Source of the DNA: Nocardioides sp.
Lineage (GTDB): Bacteria; Actinomycetota; Actinomycetes; Propionibacteriales; Nocardioidaceae
Assembly: GCF_047602075.1 (NCBI RefSeq)
Contig: NZ_JASGIF010000002.1
Coordinates: 1,322,609-1,386,608 of the forward strand
Length of the DNA: 64,000 nt
Reading direction: 5' to 3'
Below the pieces are notes generated by a model. The model saw nothing but the letters and a program-made list of their open reading frames with translations. It did not search any database and was not told the DNA's origin. How positions within the stretch are numbered: the first letter of the stretch is position 1; every line of letters starts with the position of its first letter. The position numbers and the translations under genes were made by a program. Shown here piece after piece: positions 11,074 through 20,620 of the stretch.

Positions 11074-11883
11074 ATGCGCGTCTTCTTGCTCCCCATCCTG
11101 CTGACGGGCGCACTGCTGCTGGCAGCCTGCGGCTCTGACGACCAGGGAAGCGATCCCGGCGGTGCCGACTCCCAGGACAGCCGGGTGGCCGACGGCACCT
11201 ACGTCTCCGACTCGGTCACCGTGGCCGGTGCCGAGCATCCGCTGGTGCCGGGGTCTCAGATCGTGCTCACCGTCGACGGGGAGAGCGTGCACCTGAATGC
11301 GGGCTGCAACGGCATGTCCGGTGGGGCGACCTGGACCTCGGACTCCCTGACCGTGGGCAACCTCGCGATGACCCAGATGGGCTGCGAGCAGCCGCTGACG
11401 GATCAAGACACCTGGCTGGCGGAGGTCTTCTCCGGCAAGCTCGACGTCGCCTCGGACGGGGACGGATTCACCGTGACCAAGGACGACACCGTGCTCGCCT
11501 TCGTCGAGCAGCAGCCCGTCGCGGACGCGCCGCTGCAGGACACGCTGTGGACGCTGGAGTCGATCGGGAGCGGCGGCGGTGACGACAGCGCGGTGTCCAG
11601 CGTCCCGGGCAAGGTGACCTCCACCTTGACGATCTCCGAGGACCGGATCCACCTGTCCCCTGGCTGCAACCAGATGAACGGCCGGGTCGAGGTGACCGAC
11701 TCCACGATCACCGCCAACAAGCTGGCGAGCACGATGATGGCCTGTGCCGACGAGCGCGGCGATGTCGAACGCGAGGTGGCCCTGGTCTTCGACTCGGGCC
11801 CGCTGGACTACGTCATCGAGGGAGCCGCCCTGACCCTCACCGCCTCCGACGGCAGCATGTTGGTCTACCGGGCGAGCAGTTAG
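11074..11883 (+). CDS. Tandem META-domain lipoprotein
   Basis: Lipobox LAAC; two repeats of GCN...T.MAC/T.MGC. Confidence 0.85.
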   Translation: MRVFLLPILLTGALLLAACGSDDQGSDPGGADSQDSRVADGTYVSDSVTVAGAEHPLVPGSQIVLTVDGESVHLNAGCNGMSGGATWTSDSLTVGNLAMTQMGCEQPLTDQDTWLAEVFSGKLDVASDGDGFTVTKDDTVLAFVEQQPVADAPLQDTLWTLESIGSGGGDDSAVSSVPGKVTSTLTISEDRIHLSPGCNQMNGRVEVTDSTITANKLASTMMACADERGDVEREVALVFDSGPLDYVIEGAALTLTASDGSMLVYRASS

Positions 11884-12335
11884 TCCCGGTCGACCCGACG
11901 TCGCATGGACTTCAGGTCGCTGCGGTGATGCTTGGCGGTCAGCCGTCGCTCACGAGCGGCGCGGGAGGGCTTGGTCGCTCGGCGAGCAGGAGGCGGCGGG
12001 GCGAGCGCCTCACGGAGCAGCGCAGCCAGACGTTCGCGGGCGGCCACGCGATTGCGGTGCTGAGACCGGTGCTCGGAGGCGACCACCACGAGCCGGCTCT
12101 CGCTCAGCCGCGAGGCCAGCCGGGCCAGGACGCGCTGGCGCTGCAGATCGGTGAGCGCGGTCGTCGTGGCCACATCGAGCTCGACCTCGACGCGGCTGTC
12201 GGTGGTGTTGACCGACTGGCCGCCAGGGCCGGAGGAGCGCGAGAACCGCTCGACGAGATCACTCGCCGGCACCACCAGACCGACCGGAATGCCGGGCCCG
12301 GGCGGCACGGTGAGGTCGCCACCCGGCCGACTCAT
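11880..12335 (-). CDS. arfB: Alternative ribosome rescue peptidyl-tRNA hydrolase
   Basis: RSSGPGGQSVN, RSQHRNR, RRATKPS, basic C-terminal tail. Confidence 0.93.
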   Translation of the reverse strand: MSRPGGDLTVPPGPGIPVGLVVPASDLVERFSRSSGPGGQSVNTTDSRVEVELDVATTTALTDLQRQRVLARLASRLSESRLVVVASEHRSQHRNRVAARERLAALLREALAPPPPARRATKPSRAARERRLTAKHHRSDLKSMRRRVDRD

Positions 12336-13123
12336 CGGCAGGACTCGATCGCCTGGGTGACGAAGTCGGCGGCCTCGGGATGGTTGAGGATCAGCTGGCG
12401 GGAGTGGTCGGTGGTGTCGACGGGGAGCTGACGGAAGTCCTTCAGGCCCTCGTCGCCGGCTCGCGAGAGGATCAGTTTCGCGTTGTCGTCGATTCCGGCG
12501 TTGCCGGTCTCCCAGGTCACCCACAGGTTCTGCGGCAGCCTCTTCAGCGCGGTCGCGTTCACCGTGCCATGCGCGTCGCCGGACACCAGCACCGGGGAGA
12601 TCGAGACGACCGCGCACGGGGCGGGCCGCACGGACGGAAGCGCGGAGAACATGATCGAGTTGCCCATCGAGGAGGCAACCAGCGCCACCCGTCGTACTCC
12701 CGTGTGGCGGAGCGCTCGCACCGCCACCAGGGTGTCGTCGGGCTCCTTGGTGAGGTCGCCCTCGCCGGGGGAGGAGCCGCGACCCCGCCGGTCGAAGAGG
12801 AGGATCCGGGCGCCGGTGTCGGACGCGACCTGGCCGGCCCAGGGGAGCCACTCGCAGATCCGCTGGGACGCGCCCTGGCGAAACACCACGCCGACGGTCG
12901 CATCGTCGGGGCCGACCAGGGCCGCGCCGAGGGTGCGACCGTCCGAGGCGGTCAAGGTGATCCTGCTCGCGTTGGCGGGCACCTGGTCGCACTGGTCTGC
13001 CAGGGGAGTGGACGGGTCGACCGTGCGTCGCAGCTGGTAGCGGTTCCAGAGCCGCTGGCCGACCACCACCCCGACGGCGACGACGATCGCGAGCGCGACC
13101 ACCGCCACCAGCAGTCGCTTCAC
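12332..13123 (-). CDS. Membrane-anchored alpha/beta hydrolase
   Basis: N-terminal TM helix, FDRRGRG, nucleophile elbow ASSMG, C-terminal His. Confidence 0.7.
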   Translation of the reverse strand: MKRLLVAVVALAIVVAVGVVVGQRLWNRYQLRRTVDPSTPLADQCDQVPANASRITLTASDGRTLGAALVGPDDATVGVVFRQGASQRICEWLPWAGQVASDTGARILLFDRRGRGSSPGEGDLTKEPDDTLVAVRALRHTGVRRVALVASSMGNSIMFSALPSVRPAPCAVVSISPVLVSGDAHGTVNATALKRLPQNLWVTWETGNAGIDDNAKLILSRAGDEGLKDFRQLPVDTTDHSRQLILNHPEAADFVTQAIESCR

Positions 13124-13530
13124 CGGCGGCGCCACTCGATGGCCGGACAGGTGTCCATCACCATGGGTACGCCGGCAGCGGTGGTGCGGGCGAAGGCGTC
13201 CTCGTCGATCACGCCGAGCTGGAACCACACGCCCTTGGCGCCGATGGCGACAGCCTGGTCGGCGAACTCACCGGCCGCCTCCGATCGGCGGAAGACGTCG
13301 ACGACATCGATCGGGAACGGGACGTCGGCGAGGGTCGGGTAGCCCTGCTCGCCGAGCACGACCGGCGCGTTCGGATGGATCGGGACGATCCGCTTGCCGT
13401 GCTGCTGGAGCAGCTCGGCGATTTCGTACGCCGTGCGGTGTGGGTCCCCCGAGAGTCCCACGACGGCCCAGGTCTCACACTCGTCGAGCATCAACGAGAT
13501 CGCATCCGGGTCGTGCCAGTTGGTCTTCAT
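13120..13530 (-). CDS. CoA-binding protein
   Basis: AVVGLS, DVVDVFRR, GVWFQLG, VMDTC. Confidence 0.92.
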   Translation of the reverse strand: MKTNWHDPDAISLMLDECETWAVVGLSGDPHRTAYEIAELLQQHGKRIVPIHPNAPVVLGEQGYPTLADVPFPIDVVDVFRRSEAAGEFADQAVAIGAKGVWFQLGVIDEDAFARTTAAGVPMVMDTCPAIEWRRR

Positions 13531-13762
13531 GCCCCCACCGTAGTGGGGTGGGTCAGACACATGGGTCGAACTGTGAGCTCCCTCGCTGTCAGCCCACTAC
13601 GGCGGCCACCACGCGGTCGGCCCGCCGAGGACCTCCTTCGCCCAGCCGTAGACGTCGACCACCGTGGTGCCGTCGACCTCGGCGGGCTCTGGTCGGTGAA
13701 GTTCTGGCGAACAGAGGCGGGTGGTCGTCCCGTGCGGATCGGCGATGTGCTACGAGTGACCC

Positions 13763-14653
13763 ATGCAGATGTCCTTGCGTGAGCACATCGACAGCCTCCG
13801 CAACGCCGGCTACACCGTGCGCGACGACCATGGGGACGACCCCATCCTGATCGCGCCGGACGGCAGTGCGGTCGAGACCTGGCGGGAGAACTACCCCTAC
13901 GACGAGCTGATGTCGCGCAACGACTACGAGGTGGAGAAGTACCTCCTCCAGATCGAGCTGCTGAAGTTCCAGTACTGGGCGCAAGACCATGGTCGTAAGC
14001 ATGTGATCGTCTTCGAGGGCCGTGACGCGGCCGGCAAGGGCGGCACCATCAAGCGCTTCATGGAGCACCTGAATCCGCGGGCGGCTCGGGTGGTGGCACT
14101 CACCAAGCCGACCCGCACCGAGCTCGGTCAGTGGTATTTCCAGCGCTACATCTCGCACCTGCCCACCTCGGGGGAGTTCGTGCTGTTCGACCGGTCCTGG
14201 TACAACCGCGGCGGCGTCGAGCGGGTGATGGGCTTCTGCTCCGACCACGACTACTGGACGTTCATGCACCAGGCCCCGGTGTTCGAGCGGATGCTGTCCG
14301 AGTCCGGCATCACCGTCACCAAGCTCTGGTTCTCGGTGACCCAGCAGGAGCAGCGCACCCGGTTCGCGATCCGACAGATCGACCCGGTGCGCCGGTGGAA
14401 GCTCTCGCCGATGGACCTGGAGAGCCTCGACCGCTGGGATGCCTACACCGACGCCAAGGAGCAGGTGTTCTTGCACACCGACACCGACGAGTCGCCGTGG
14501 TACACCATCAAGAGCAACGACAAGAAGCGCGCGCGGATCAACGCCATGCGGCTGTTCTTGAACATGGTGGAGTACGACGGCAAGGACCCCGACGTGGTCT
14601 TCGCTCCCGACCCCCTCCTGGTCTCCCGCGGCCGCGACGCCGTCGGGGATTAA
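13763..14653 (+). CDS. ppk2: Polyphosphate kinase 2
   Basis: FEGRDAAGKGG, FDRSWYNR, WKLSPMD. Confidence 0.96.
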   Translation: MQMSLREHIDSLRNAGYTVRDDHGDDPILIAPDGSAVETWRENYPYDELMSRNDYEVEKYLLQIELLKFQYWAQDHGRKHVIVFEGRDAAGKGGTIKRFMEHLNPRAARVVALTKPTRTELGQWYFQRYISHLPTSGEFVLFDRSWYNRGGVERVMGFCSDHDYWTFMHQAPVFERMLSESGITVTKLWFSVTQQEQRTRFAIRQIDPVRRWKLSPMDLESLDRWDAYTDAKEQVFLHTDTDESPWYTIKSNDKKRARINAMRLFLNMVEYDGKDPDVVFAPDPLLVSRGRDAVGD

Positions 14654-14791
14654 TCCTCGGGGCTAGACCAGTGGCCACGGTTTCGGCGGCCCTGCCGGGG
14701 CCTGAGAACGAAATAAGTTGTTCGGTGCCGTTGCGACACGCGGAACCGTCGACTTGCCAGGAATTGCCTACCGAGCGGGCAAACTCAGGAC

Positions 14792-15298
14792 ATGATGCCC
14801 ACCATGAGCATGTCCTGGTCGGCATCGTCCGAGGCTCGGTCGGTTGGGGCTGCTGTGCGCCCGGCCGAGGCCGCCCAGCGGATGCCTACCGTCTCGCGAG
14901 CCGCGGCGCTCGCCCGCGAGCTGCCGGCCTGGCGGCTGCCGTGGACCCGTGGTCGTCTGCTGGCCGGCGGAATCCTCGTCCCCGTGTTGCTGTGGGGCGA
15001 GCGATCTCTACTCGAGGTCGACCGGATGCAGCACCTCGGCTGGATGGCGATGGCGGTGGTCACGGCCGTGCTCGGCGGGCTGGTGCTGGGCAGCTACCTC
15101 CCGGCCGGGGTCCTCGGCCGGGGTTGCCGGCTGCGCACCAGCGTGCAGGCCGCGACGGCCTTCTTCTACGTGGTCCTGGCCGGCTACGTGTTGAACAGCC
15201 CTCACCCGGGTCCGCGCCACGCCGCCTTCGCGGTGGCCATGCTGCTCCTGGCCGTCGTGCTGCGCACCCGGGGCACCCGGCCGGTCCTGCACGCCTGA
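14792..15298 (+). CDS. Hypothetical membrane protein (about 4 TM)
   Basis: Fills the gap between ppk2 and the SMR gene; alternating hydrophobic segments. No family recognised; start uncertain. Confidence 0.55.
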   Translation: MMPTMSMSWSASSEARSVGAAVRPAEAAQRMPTVSRAAALARELPAWRLPWTRGRLLAGGILVPVLLWGERSLLEVDRMQHLGWMAMAVVTAVLGGLVLGSYLPAGVLGRGCRLRTSVQAATAFFYVVLAGYVLNSPHPGPRHAAFAVAMLLLAVVLRTRGTRPVLHA

Positions 15299-15308
15299 GC
15301 GAAGAGCG

Positions 15309-15632
15309 TCAGGCGCCGGAGAGGTTGAGGCCGACCACGCCCGCCACGATCAGGCCGATCGAGAGGGCCTTGGCCCAGCTCATCGTCTCGCCGAAGAAGG
15401 CATAGCCCACGGCCGCCACGATCGCGGTGCCCAGGCCCGACCAGACGGCATAGGCAACGGACACCGACATGGTGCGCACCACGATCGCCAGCAGCCAAAT
15501 CGAGACGCCGTAGCCGCCCAGCACCACCACGCTCCAGAGCGGGTCGGTGAACCCCTCGGCTCGCGGCAGCAGTGCCGTGGCAACGATCTCGACAGCGATG
15601 GCAACCAGCAGCAGCAGGCCTGCGCCCACCAT
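15309..15632 (-). CDS. SMR/DMT family multidrug efflux transporter
   Basis: 107 aa, AVEIVAT (conserved Glu), AYAVWSGLG, GVVGLNL. Confidence 0.92.
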   Translation of the reverse strand: MVGAGLLLLVAIAVEIVATALLPRAEGFTDPLWSVVVLGGYGVSIWLLAIVVRTMSVSVAYAVWSGLGTAIVAAVGYAFFGETMSWAKALSIGLIVAGVVGLNLSGA

Positions 15633-15653
15633 GGGAAACTCCTCCTCAACCAC

Positions 15654-15697
15654 AACGTAGCGGTCGCTACATCGAACAATGTAGCACATGCTACGTT
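15654..15697. promoter_or_regulatory. Two palindromic TetR operators
   Basis: AACGTAGCG-GT-CGCTACATC (15654-15673) and AATGTAGCA-CA-TGCTACGTT (15678-15697) between divergent SMR and tetR genes. Confidence 0.75.
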
Positions 15698-15703
15698 GCC
15701 TCG

Positions 15704-16255
15704 GTGAGTCGTCGCGACGAGTTGCTGGACGCGGTCACCGACCACGTGCTCGAGCACGGAATCATCGGCCTCACCCTGCGTCCGGTGGCCGCGGCGATCG
15801 GCACCAGCGATCGGATGCTGATCTATCACTTCGGCACCCGCGAAGGGCTGGTCTCGGCCGTCGTCGAGCGGGCCAGCGACCGCGGGACGGTCGAACTGCA
15901 CCGACTCCCGGCCGCGCGCGGTGTACGCGCCGCCGTCCGCGCCCTCTGGGCGGCGTACCAGGTCGACCCGCTGCGTGGCTGCCTGTCGGTCTACCTCCAG
16001 GCAGCCGCTACCGGCGTGATCGGGCAGGAGCCCTTCGTCACCGACGTGCGCGCCAGCAACGATCGATGGTGCCGTGGACTGCGTGACTTCCTGGCGCGCA
16101 GCGGCACCCCAGTCGACCGAGTGGACCGCATCATCACGCTGGTGGATTCTGCGCTGGTGGGTTTCTTGTTGGACCTGACCACCGACCGTCCCGAGGAGCT
16201 CAGCCGCGGGGTCGACGACCTGGCCATCGCGGCGGCGCTGATCGCCGAGCGGTGA
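15704..16255 (+). CDS. TetR/AcrR family regulator
   Basis: HTH LTLRPVAAAIGTSDRMLIYHFG; divergent from the SMR gene. Confidence 0.92.
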   Translation: MSRRDELLDAVTDHVLEHGIIGLTLRPVAAAIGTSDRMLIYHFGTREGLVSAVVERASDRGTVELHRLPAARGVRAAVRALWAAYQVDPLRGCLSVYLQAAATGVIGQEPFVTDVRASNDRWCRGLRDFLARSGTPVDRVDRIITLVDSALVGFLLDLTTDRPEELSRGVDDLAIAAALIAER

Positions 16256-16265
16256 GCGGCGGACG

Positions 16266-17333
16266 TCAGCGCTCACGCAGACCGGCGCGGGGGATCTCGA
16301 CGATCCAACGCCGGAAGGGATGCTCGGTCACGCTCCAGAAGGAGTCCGTCGACGGCCAGAAGGCGATGTCCTCGGGTCCCACCGGAAGCGCAAGCAGGTG
16401 CCGACGCAGTCGTCCGGGCCGGCCGACGGCGAGCGAGCCTGGCAGGAAGGGGCCGTTCGAGACGGTGGCATACCAGGTCCCGTCCACGACCGAGGCGCCC
16501 TGCATCCGAGGAACACCCCGGTCGAGCTCGGTGGGCTGCGACCGGCCGTCCTCGCCGGTCTCCAGGAGCCAACTGCCCACATCGACCGGGAAGCGGGCCA
16601 GCCGGTGGGTCTGGTCCCGACGGAGGGCGTACTCCCCGGCGACCAGCGCCGGCGGCGTCGAGCCTCGGTCCAAGGACAGGAACGAGTAGCGCAGCTTGGC
16701 ATGTCCGTCGTCGGTCACCGCTCGGTAGGAGAAGCGGACCGGGAGCACGTAGCGATAGCCGTACGACGCCACCTGGTCACCACGCACGCCGAGCGCGCGG
16801 AGCTCGCCCCCGCCGAGGTCGTCCGGGATCCGCATCAGGTCGTCGAGCCGGAAGGTGATGAAGCCGCGGGAGGTGGCCGCGACGTGCAAGTAGGGGCCTA
16901 GCCAGACCACGCCGCCGGCATGCACCTTCAACGGCTCCAGCTCCAGGCGTCCGTCGCGCAGTGTCGGCACCACGAGCAGCACATGCCGGTAGTGGTTGTC
17001 AGCCAGATCCCAGAAGGTGATCCGGGCACCCTGGTGGATCCCGCCCACCTGCTTGGCATACCAGGTGACGGCCAACACCCGCCGGCCGGCGATCTCCTCG
17101 GTGTCCGAGGCGTCGGCGGAGGTGGAGACGCCCTGCGGCCACCAGTCCCGGGTGCTCCGATCGGCGGCATCCCAGGTCAGCGCGCGGCCAACCCTGCGAC
17201 CGTGCCAGCCGTGCGACCGGCGGCCCTGCCGGTTCAGATCGCCGAGCACCGCGTCGATGCCGACCGGCCCACCGAGCAGCTGACCGAGTGCGGCGATCTC
17301 TTCGACGTTCTCGTCGGTCCGGACCAGGTGCAC
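16266..17333 (-). CDS. Hypothetical protein (beta-rich, possibly propeller-like)
   Basis: C-terminal part of ORF 16266..18704 from GTG 17333, with coding-like codon use (WWPQG, HAGGVVW, PEDIAFW); no family assigned. Confidence 0.7.
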   Translation of the reverse strand: MHLVRTDENVEEIAALGQLLGGPVGIDAVLGDLNRQGRRSHGWHGRRVGRALTWDAADRSTRDWWPQGVSTSADASDTEEIAGRRVLAVTWYAKQVGGIHQGARITFWDLADNHYRHVLLVVPTLRDGRLELEPLKVHAGGVVWLGPYLHVAATSRGFITFRLDDLMRIPDDLGGGELRALGVRGDQVASYGYRYVLPVRFSYRAVTDDGHAKLRYSFLSLDRGSTPPALVAGEYALRRDQTHRLARFPVDVGSWLLETGEDGRSQPTELDRGVPRMQGASVVDGTWYATVSNGPFLPGSLAVGRPGRLRRHLLALPVGPEDIAFWPSTDSFWSVTEHPFRRWIVEIPRAGLRER

Positions 17334-17435
17334 CCCGGGCTCCCTGTGCTGCGCCACGCGGCAACAGTAGTAGCGCCTTGGATGCAGGTGACGGGCGTCC
17401 GCCTGGCCACCGGCGCACCCGTAGGCTCTGCCAAT

Positions 17436-18350
17436 GTGACTGACTTGCCCGCGCAGCGGATGCTGCTGGTCCATGCCCACCCCGACGACGAGTCGATCGG
17501 TCAGGGCGCCACCATGGCGAAGTACGCCGCCGAGGGCCGGGGGGTCACCCTGGTCACCTGCACGGCAGGCGAGATGGGCGAGGTCTTGGTCCCGGATCTG
17601 GAGCACCTCGCCTTCGAGCGCGAGGGTGGCCTCGGCGAGCATCGCCGAGAGGAGATCGCGGAGGCGATGGCGGCTCTCGGCGTCACCGACCACCGCTGGC
17701 TGGGTGGCTTCGGCCGCTACCACGACTCCGGAATGGCCTGGCACGAGGACGGCCACGCGGTGGCCGGCGAGTTCGTCCCGGAGAACGGCTTCTGGCACGC
17801 CGATCTGACCGAGGCCGCCACCCATCTGGTCGAGATCATCCGCGAGGTGCGTCCCCAGGTGCTGGTGACCTACGACGAGTTCGGTGGCTACGGCCACCCC
17901 GACCACATCCAGGCCCATCGGGTGGCGATGTACGGCGCCCTGCTGGCCGCGGTGCCGTCGTACCGTCGCGATCTCGGAGAGGCCTGGGACATCCCCAAGA
18001 TCTACTGGGGGACGATGTCGGAGAGCCGGATGCGACAGGGCCTGCGGGCGCTGCGAGACGCGGGGGACACGACGACCTTCGAGGGGATGGACCCCGACGG
18101 GCCGCTGCCTCGCATCGTCTCCAAGGACGAGGACCTCGACGCCTGTGTGGACGGTGGCGAGCACGTCGAGCAGAAGATGGCGGCGCTGCGTGCCCACGCC
18201 ACCCAGATCACGGTCGACGGGCCGTTCTTCGCGCTCAGCAACAACCTGGGCAACTCCGTGTGGGGGCTGGAGTTCTTCCGCCTCGCCAAGGGGCACCGCG
18301 GCCCGGTCGGCGCCGACGGCCTCGAGACCGATCTGTTCGCCGGCCTCTGA
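17436..18350 (+). CDS. mshB: Mycothiol biosynthesis GlcNAc-Ins deacetylase
   Basis: HAHPDDE, VTCTAGEMGE, GGYGHPDHIQAH, FFALSN; typical location near fdxA/dapC. Confidence 0.9.
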   Translation: MTDLPAQRMLLVHAHPDDESIGQGATMAKYAAEGRGVTLVTCTAGEMGEVLVPDLEHLAFEREGGLGEHRREEIAEAMAALGVTDHRWLGGFGRYHDSGMAWHEDGHAVAGEFVPENGFWHADLTEAATHLVEIIREVRPQVLVTYDEFGGYGHPDHIQAHRVAMYGALLAAVPSYRRDLGEAWDIPKIYWGTMSESRMRQGLRALRDAGDTTTFEGMDPDGPLPRIVSKDEDLDACVDGGEHVEQKMAALRAHATQITVDGPFFALSNNLGNSVWGLEFFRLAKGHRGPVGADGLETDLFAGL

Positions 18351-18367
18351 CGGCCGCCGCCCCGTCC

Positions 18368-18718
18368 ATGCGCCTCCTGGCCCGCCTGGTCTCGTGGGCC
18401 GGCGCGCTGCTCCTCGGCGGGGTGACCGGGGTGGCCTCGGTCGTCGTCCATCAGCGCTGGTGGGGGCTCGTGCTTGCCGTCCTCGCCGTGCTCGCTGTGA
18501 CTGCGGCGCTCTCTCGTGGTGGTGCCCGACTCGCGTTCGCTGGCGCCTGGAGCGCGGTCGTCGTGCGGGCCAGTGTGCCGCGACCGGAGGGTGACTATCT
18601 GGTGCCGGGCAACGTGCAGGGCTACGCCTTGTTGCTGGTGGTGCCGGTCGTGCTGCTGATGGCCATCCTGACCTTCCGCGCCAGCCGGCCCACTCCGCCG
18701 GCACCTAGTGGCCTCTAG
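18368..18718 (+). CDS. Small membrane protein downstream of mshB
   Basis: 4 hydrophobic segments, RPEGDYLVP motif. Confidence 0.7.
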   Translation: MRLLARLVSWAGALLLGGVTGVASVVVHQRWWGLVLAVLAVLAVTAALSRGGARLAFAGAWSAVVVRASVPRPEGDYLVPGNVQGYALLLVVPVVLLMAILTFRASRPTPPAPSGL

Positions 18719-18727
18719 GATGACCCG

Positions 18728-20464
18728 GTGGCCGACTGGGAGGACCCCGCCGACGCGCCGAGAGGCAGGCCCGACCGCAAGGGCGGCTGGGTCGTGGTGC
18801 TGCTGGTGCTGGGGCTGCTCGTCCTCTTCGGCGGCGCCTACGCGGTCGCCCACTTCGCCGCGGGCGACAAGGTCCCACGCGGCACCACCGTGGCCGGAGT
18901 CGAGCTCGGGGGACTGGCGCCCGATGACGCCGTCGCCGCGCTGCAGGACGGTCTCGCGGACCTGGTGGACCGGCCGATCACTGCCCAGGTCGGCGACCAG
19001 GAGACACAGGTCGACCCGGCGAAGGCCGGCCTGAGCGTCGACTACGACGCCTCGGTCGCCGCCGCGGGCGGCGGAGCCAGCTGGTCACCCTCCCGGTTGT
19101 GGCACTACTACACCGACGGCGCCGACCTGGATGCGGTCGTCGAGGTCGACGACGGCGCCATGGACAAGGCGCTCGACCAGGTGACCGGGCAGCTCGGCAC
19201 CCCTCCTCGAGATGCCGGCGTGGTCTTTCGGGGCACCCGGATCCGGACGACCTCGGCCGTCGAGGGTGAGGCGATCGACCCGGAGACCGGCCGCGAGGCG
19301 TTGGTGCAGGCGTTCCTCGCCGACGATCCGGTCGCCGAGATGCCGCTGGTCGAGACCGACCCGGACGTCTCCGACGACGACGCGCAACAGTTCGTCGACA
19401 CCTTCGCCAATCCAGCCGTGTCAGGTCCGGTCACGCTTCGCTTCGGCAAGTCGCCGGTGGTGTTGCGGCCGGCCGACTACACCGGAGCGCTGGAGGTGGT
19501 CGTCGAGGACGGCGCCCTGACCGCCCGGGTGGACGCCAAGAAGCTGCAGGCGCTGGTGGACGAGGAGGTCGGTGAGCCTGGCGCACCAGTCGATGCCACC
19601 GTCGCCCTGGTCGACGGCGAGCCACAGGTGGTCCCCGCCAAGCCCGGCGTGACCTACGACCCCGACGACGTCGCCACGGCCCTGCTCTCGGTGGTGGACC
19701 AACCCGCCGGCAAGCGCACCGCGGCGGTGAAGTCGACCGTGGCCGAGCCGGACTTCACCACCCGAGACGCCAGGAAGCTGAAGATCACCGAGAAGGTGTC
19801 GAGCTTCACGACTTACTACCCCTACGCCGAGTATCGCAATGTCAACATCGGCCGCGCGGCTCAACTCGTCAACGGCACCGTGTTGAAGCCGGGCGAGGTG
19901 TTCTCGCTCAACGGCGTGGTCGGTGAACGAACCCGGGAGAACGGCTTCACCGAGGGGTTCATCATCAGCAACGGCATCTTCAAGGAGGACCTCGGCGGCG
20001 GCGTCTCCCAGATGGCCACCACGACCTTCAATGCGATGTTCTTCGCCGGCCTCGAAGACATCGAGCACAAGCCACACTCGTTCTACATCGACCGCTATCC
20101 GGTCGGCCGCGAGGCCACCGTCGCCTGGCCCACGGTCGACCTGAAGTTCAAGAACGACACCCCTTACGGCGTGTTGATCGAAGCGCACGTCACCCCGTCC
20201 ACACCCACCGCCCAAGGTGTCGTCACGGTCTCGATGTGGTCGACGAAGTACTGGGACATCGGCACCAAGACCGGCGAGCGCTACAACCTCACCTCACCGG
20301 CCACCCGGGTGCTGGACACCGCCGACTGCTACCCCAACACCGGATACGGCGGCTTCGACATCAACGTCTGGCGCTACTTCCGCAAGCCCGGCTCCACCGA
20401 CGTGGTCCGCTCGGAGAAGTTCCACACCCACTACATCCCCTCCGACACGGTGATCTGCAAGTAG
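18728..20464 (+). CDS. VanW family protein with N-terminal TM and peptidoglycan-binding-like repeats
   Basis: RNVNI, GEVFSLN, GGGVSQMATT, YPVGREATV, DLKFKNDT. Confidence 0.9.
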   Translation: MADWEDPADAPRGRPDRKGGWVVVLLVLGLLVLFGGAYAVAHFAAGDKVPRGTTVAGVELGGLAPDDAVAALQDGLADLVDRPITAQVGDQETQVDPAKAGLSVDYDASVAAAGGGASWSPSRLWHYYTDGADLDAVVEVDDGAMDKALDQVTGQLGTPPRDAGVVFRGTRIRTTSAVEGEAIDPETGREALVQAFLADDPVAEMPLVETDPDVSDDDAQQFVDTFANPAVSGPVTLRFGKSPVVLRPADYTGALEVVVEDGALTARVDAKKLQALVDEEVGEPGAPVDATVALVDGEPQVVPAKPGVTYDPDDVATALLSVVDQPAGKRTAAVKSTVAEPDFTTRDARKLKITEKVSSFTTYYPYAEYRNVNIGRAAQLVNGTVLKPGEVFSLNGVVGERTRENGFTEGFIISNGIFKEDLGGGVSQMATTTFNAMFFAGLEDIEHKPHSFYIDRYPVGREATVAWPTVDLKFKNDTPYGVLIEAHVTPSTPTAQGVVTVSMWSTKYWDIGTKTGERYNLTSPATRVLDTADCYPNTGYGGFDINVWRYFRKPGSTDVVRSEKFHTHYIPSDTVICK

Positions 20465-20473
20465 CGGCGCCGA

Positions 20474-20597
20474 CCCATCTGCCGCGGTGCTGTGGTGGCC
20501 GTGACCCATCTGCCGCGGTGCTGTGGTGGCTGAGGACCCGGTATACCGGGCACTTTGCCACTACAAGACCGCGGGAGACGCACGAAGACCGCGGCAG
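20474..20597 (+). repeat. REP/BIME-like repeat, copy 2
   Basis: 2x CCCATCTGCCGCGGTGCTGTGGTGGC + TGAGGACCCGGTATACCGGGCACTTT + GCCACTACAAGACCGCGGGAGAC-GCACGAAGACCGCGGCAG. Confidence 0.9.
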
Positions 20598-20620
20598 CGG
20601 CCCGACCAGCGGGAGCCCGC

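Noticed and set aside
17334-18704. N-terminal extension making an 812-aa protein
   Set aside because: It is the antisense of mshB and its neighbour; only the part from GTG 17333 looks coding.
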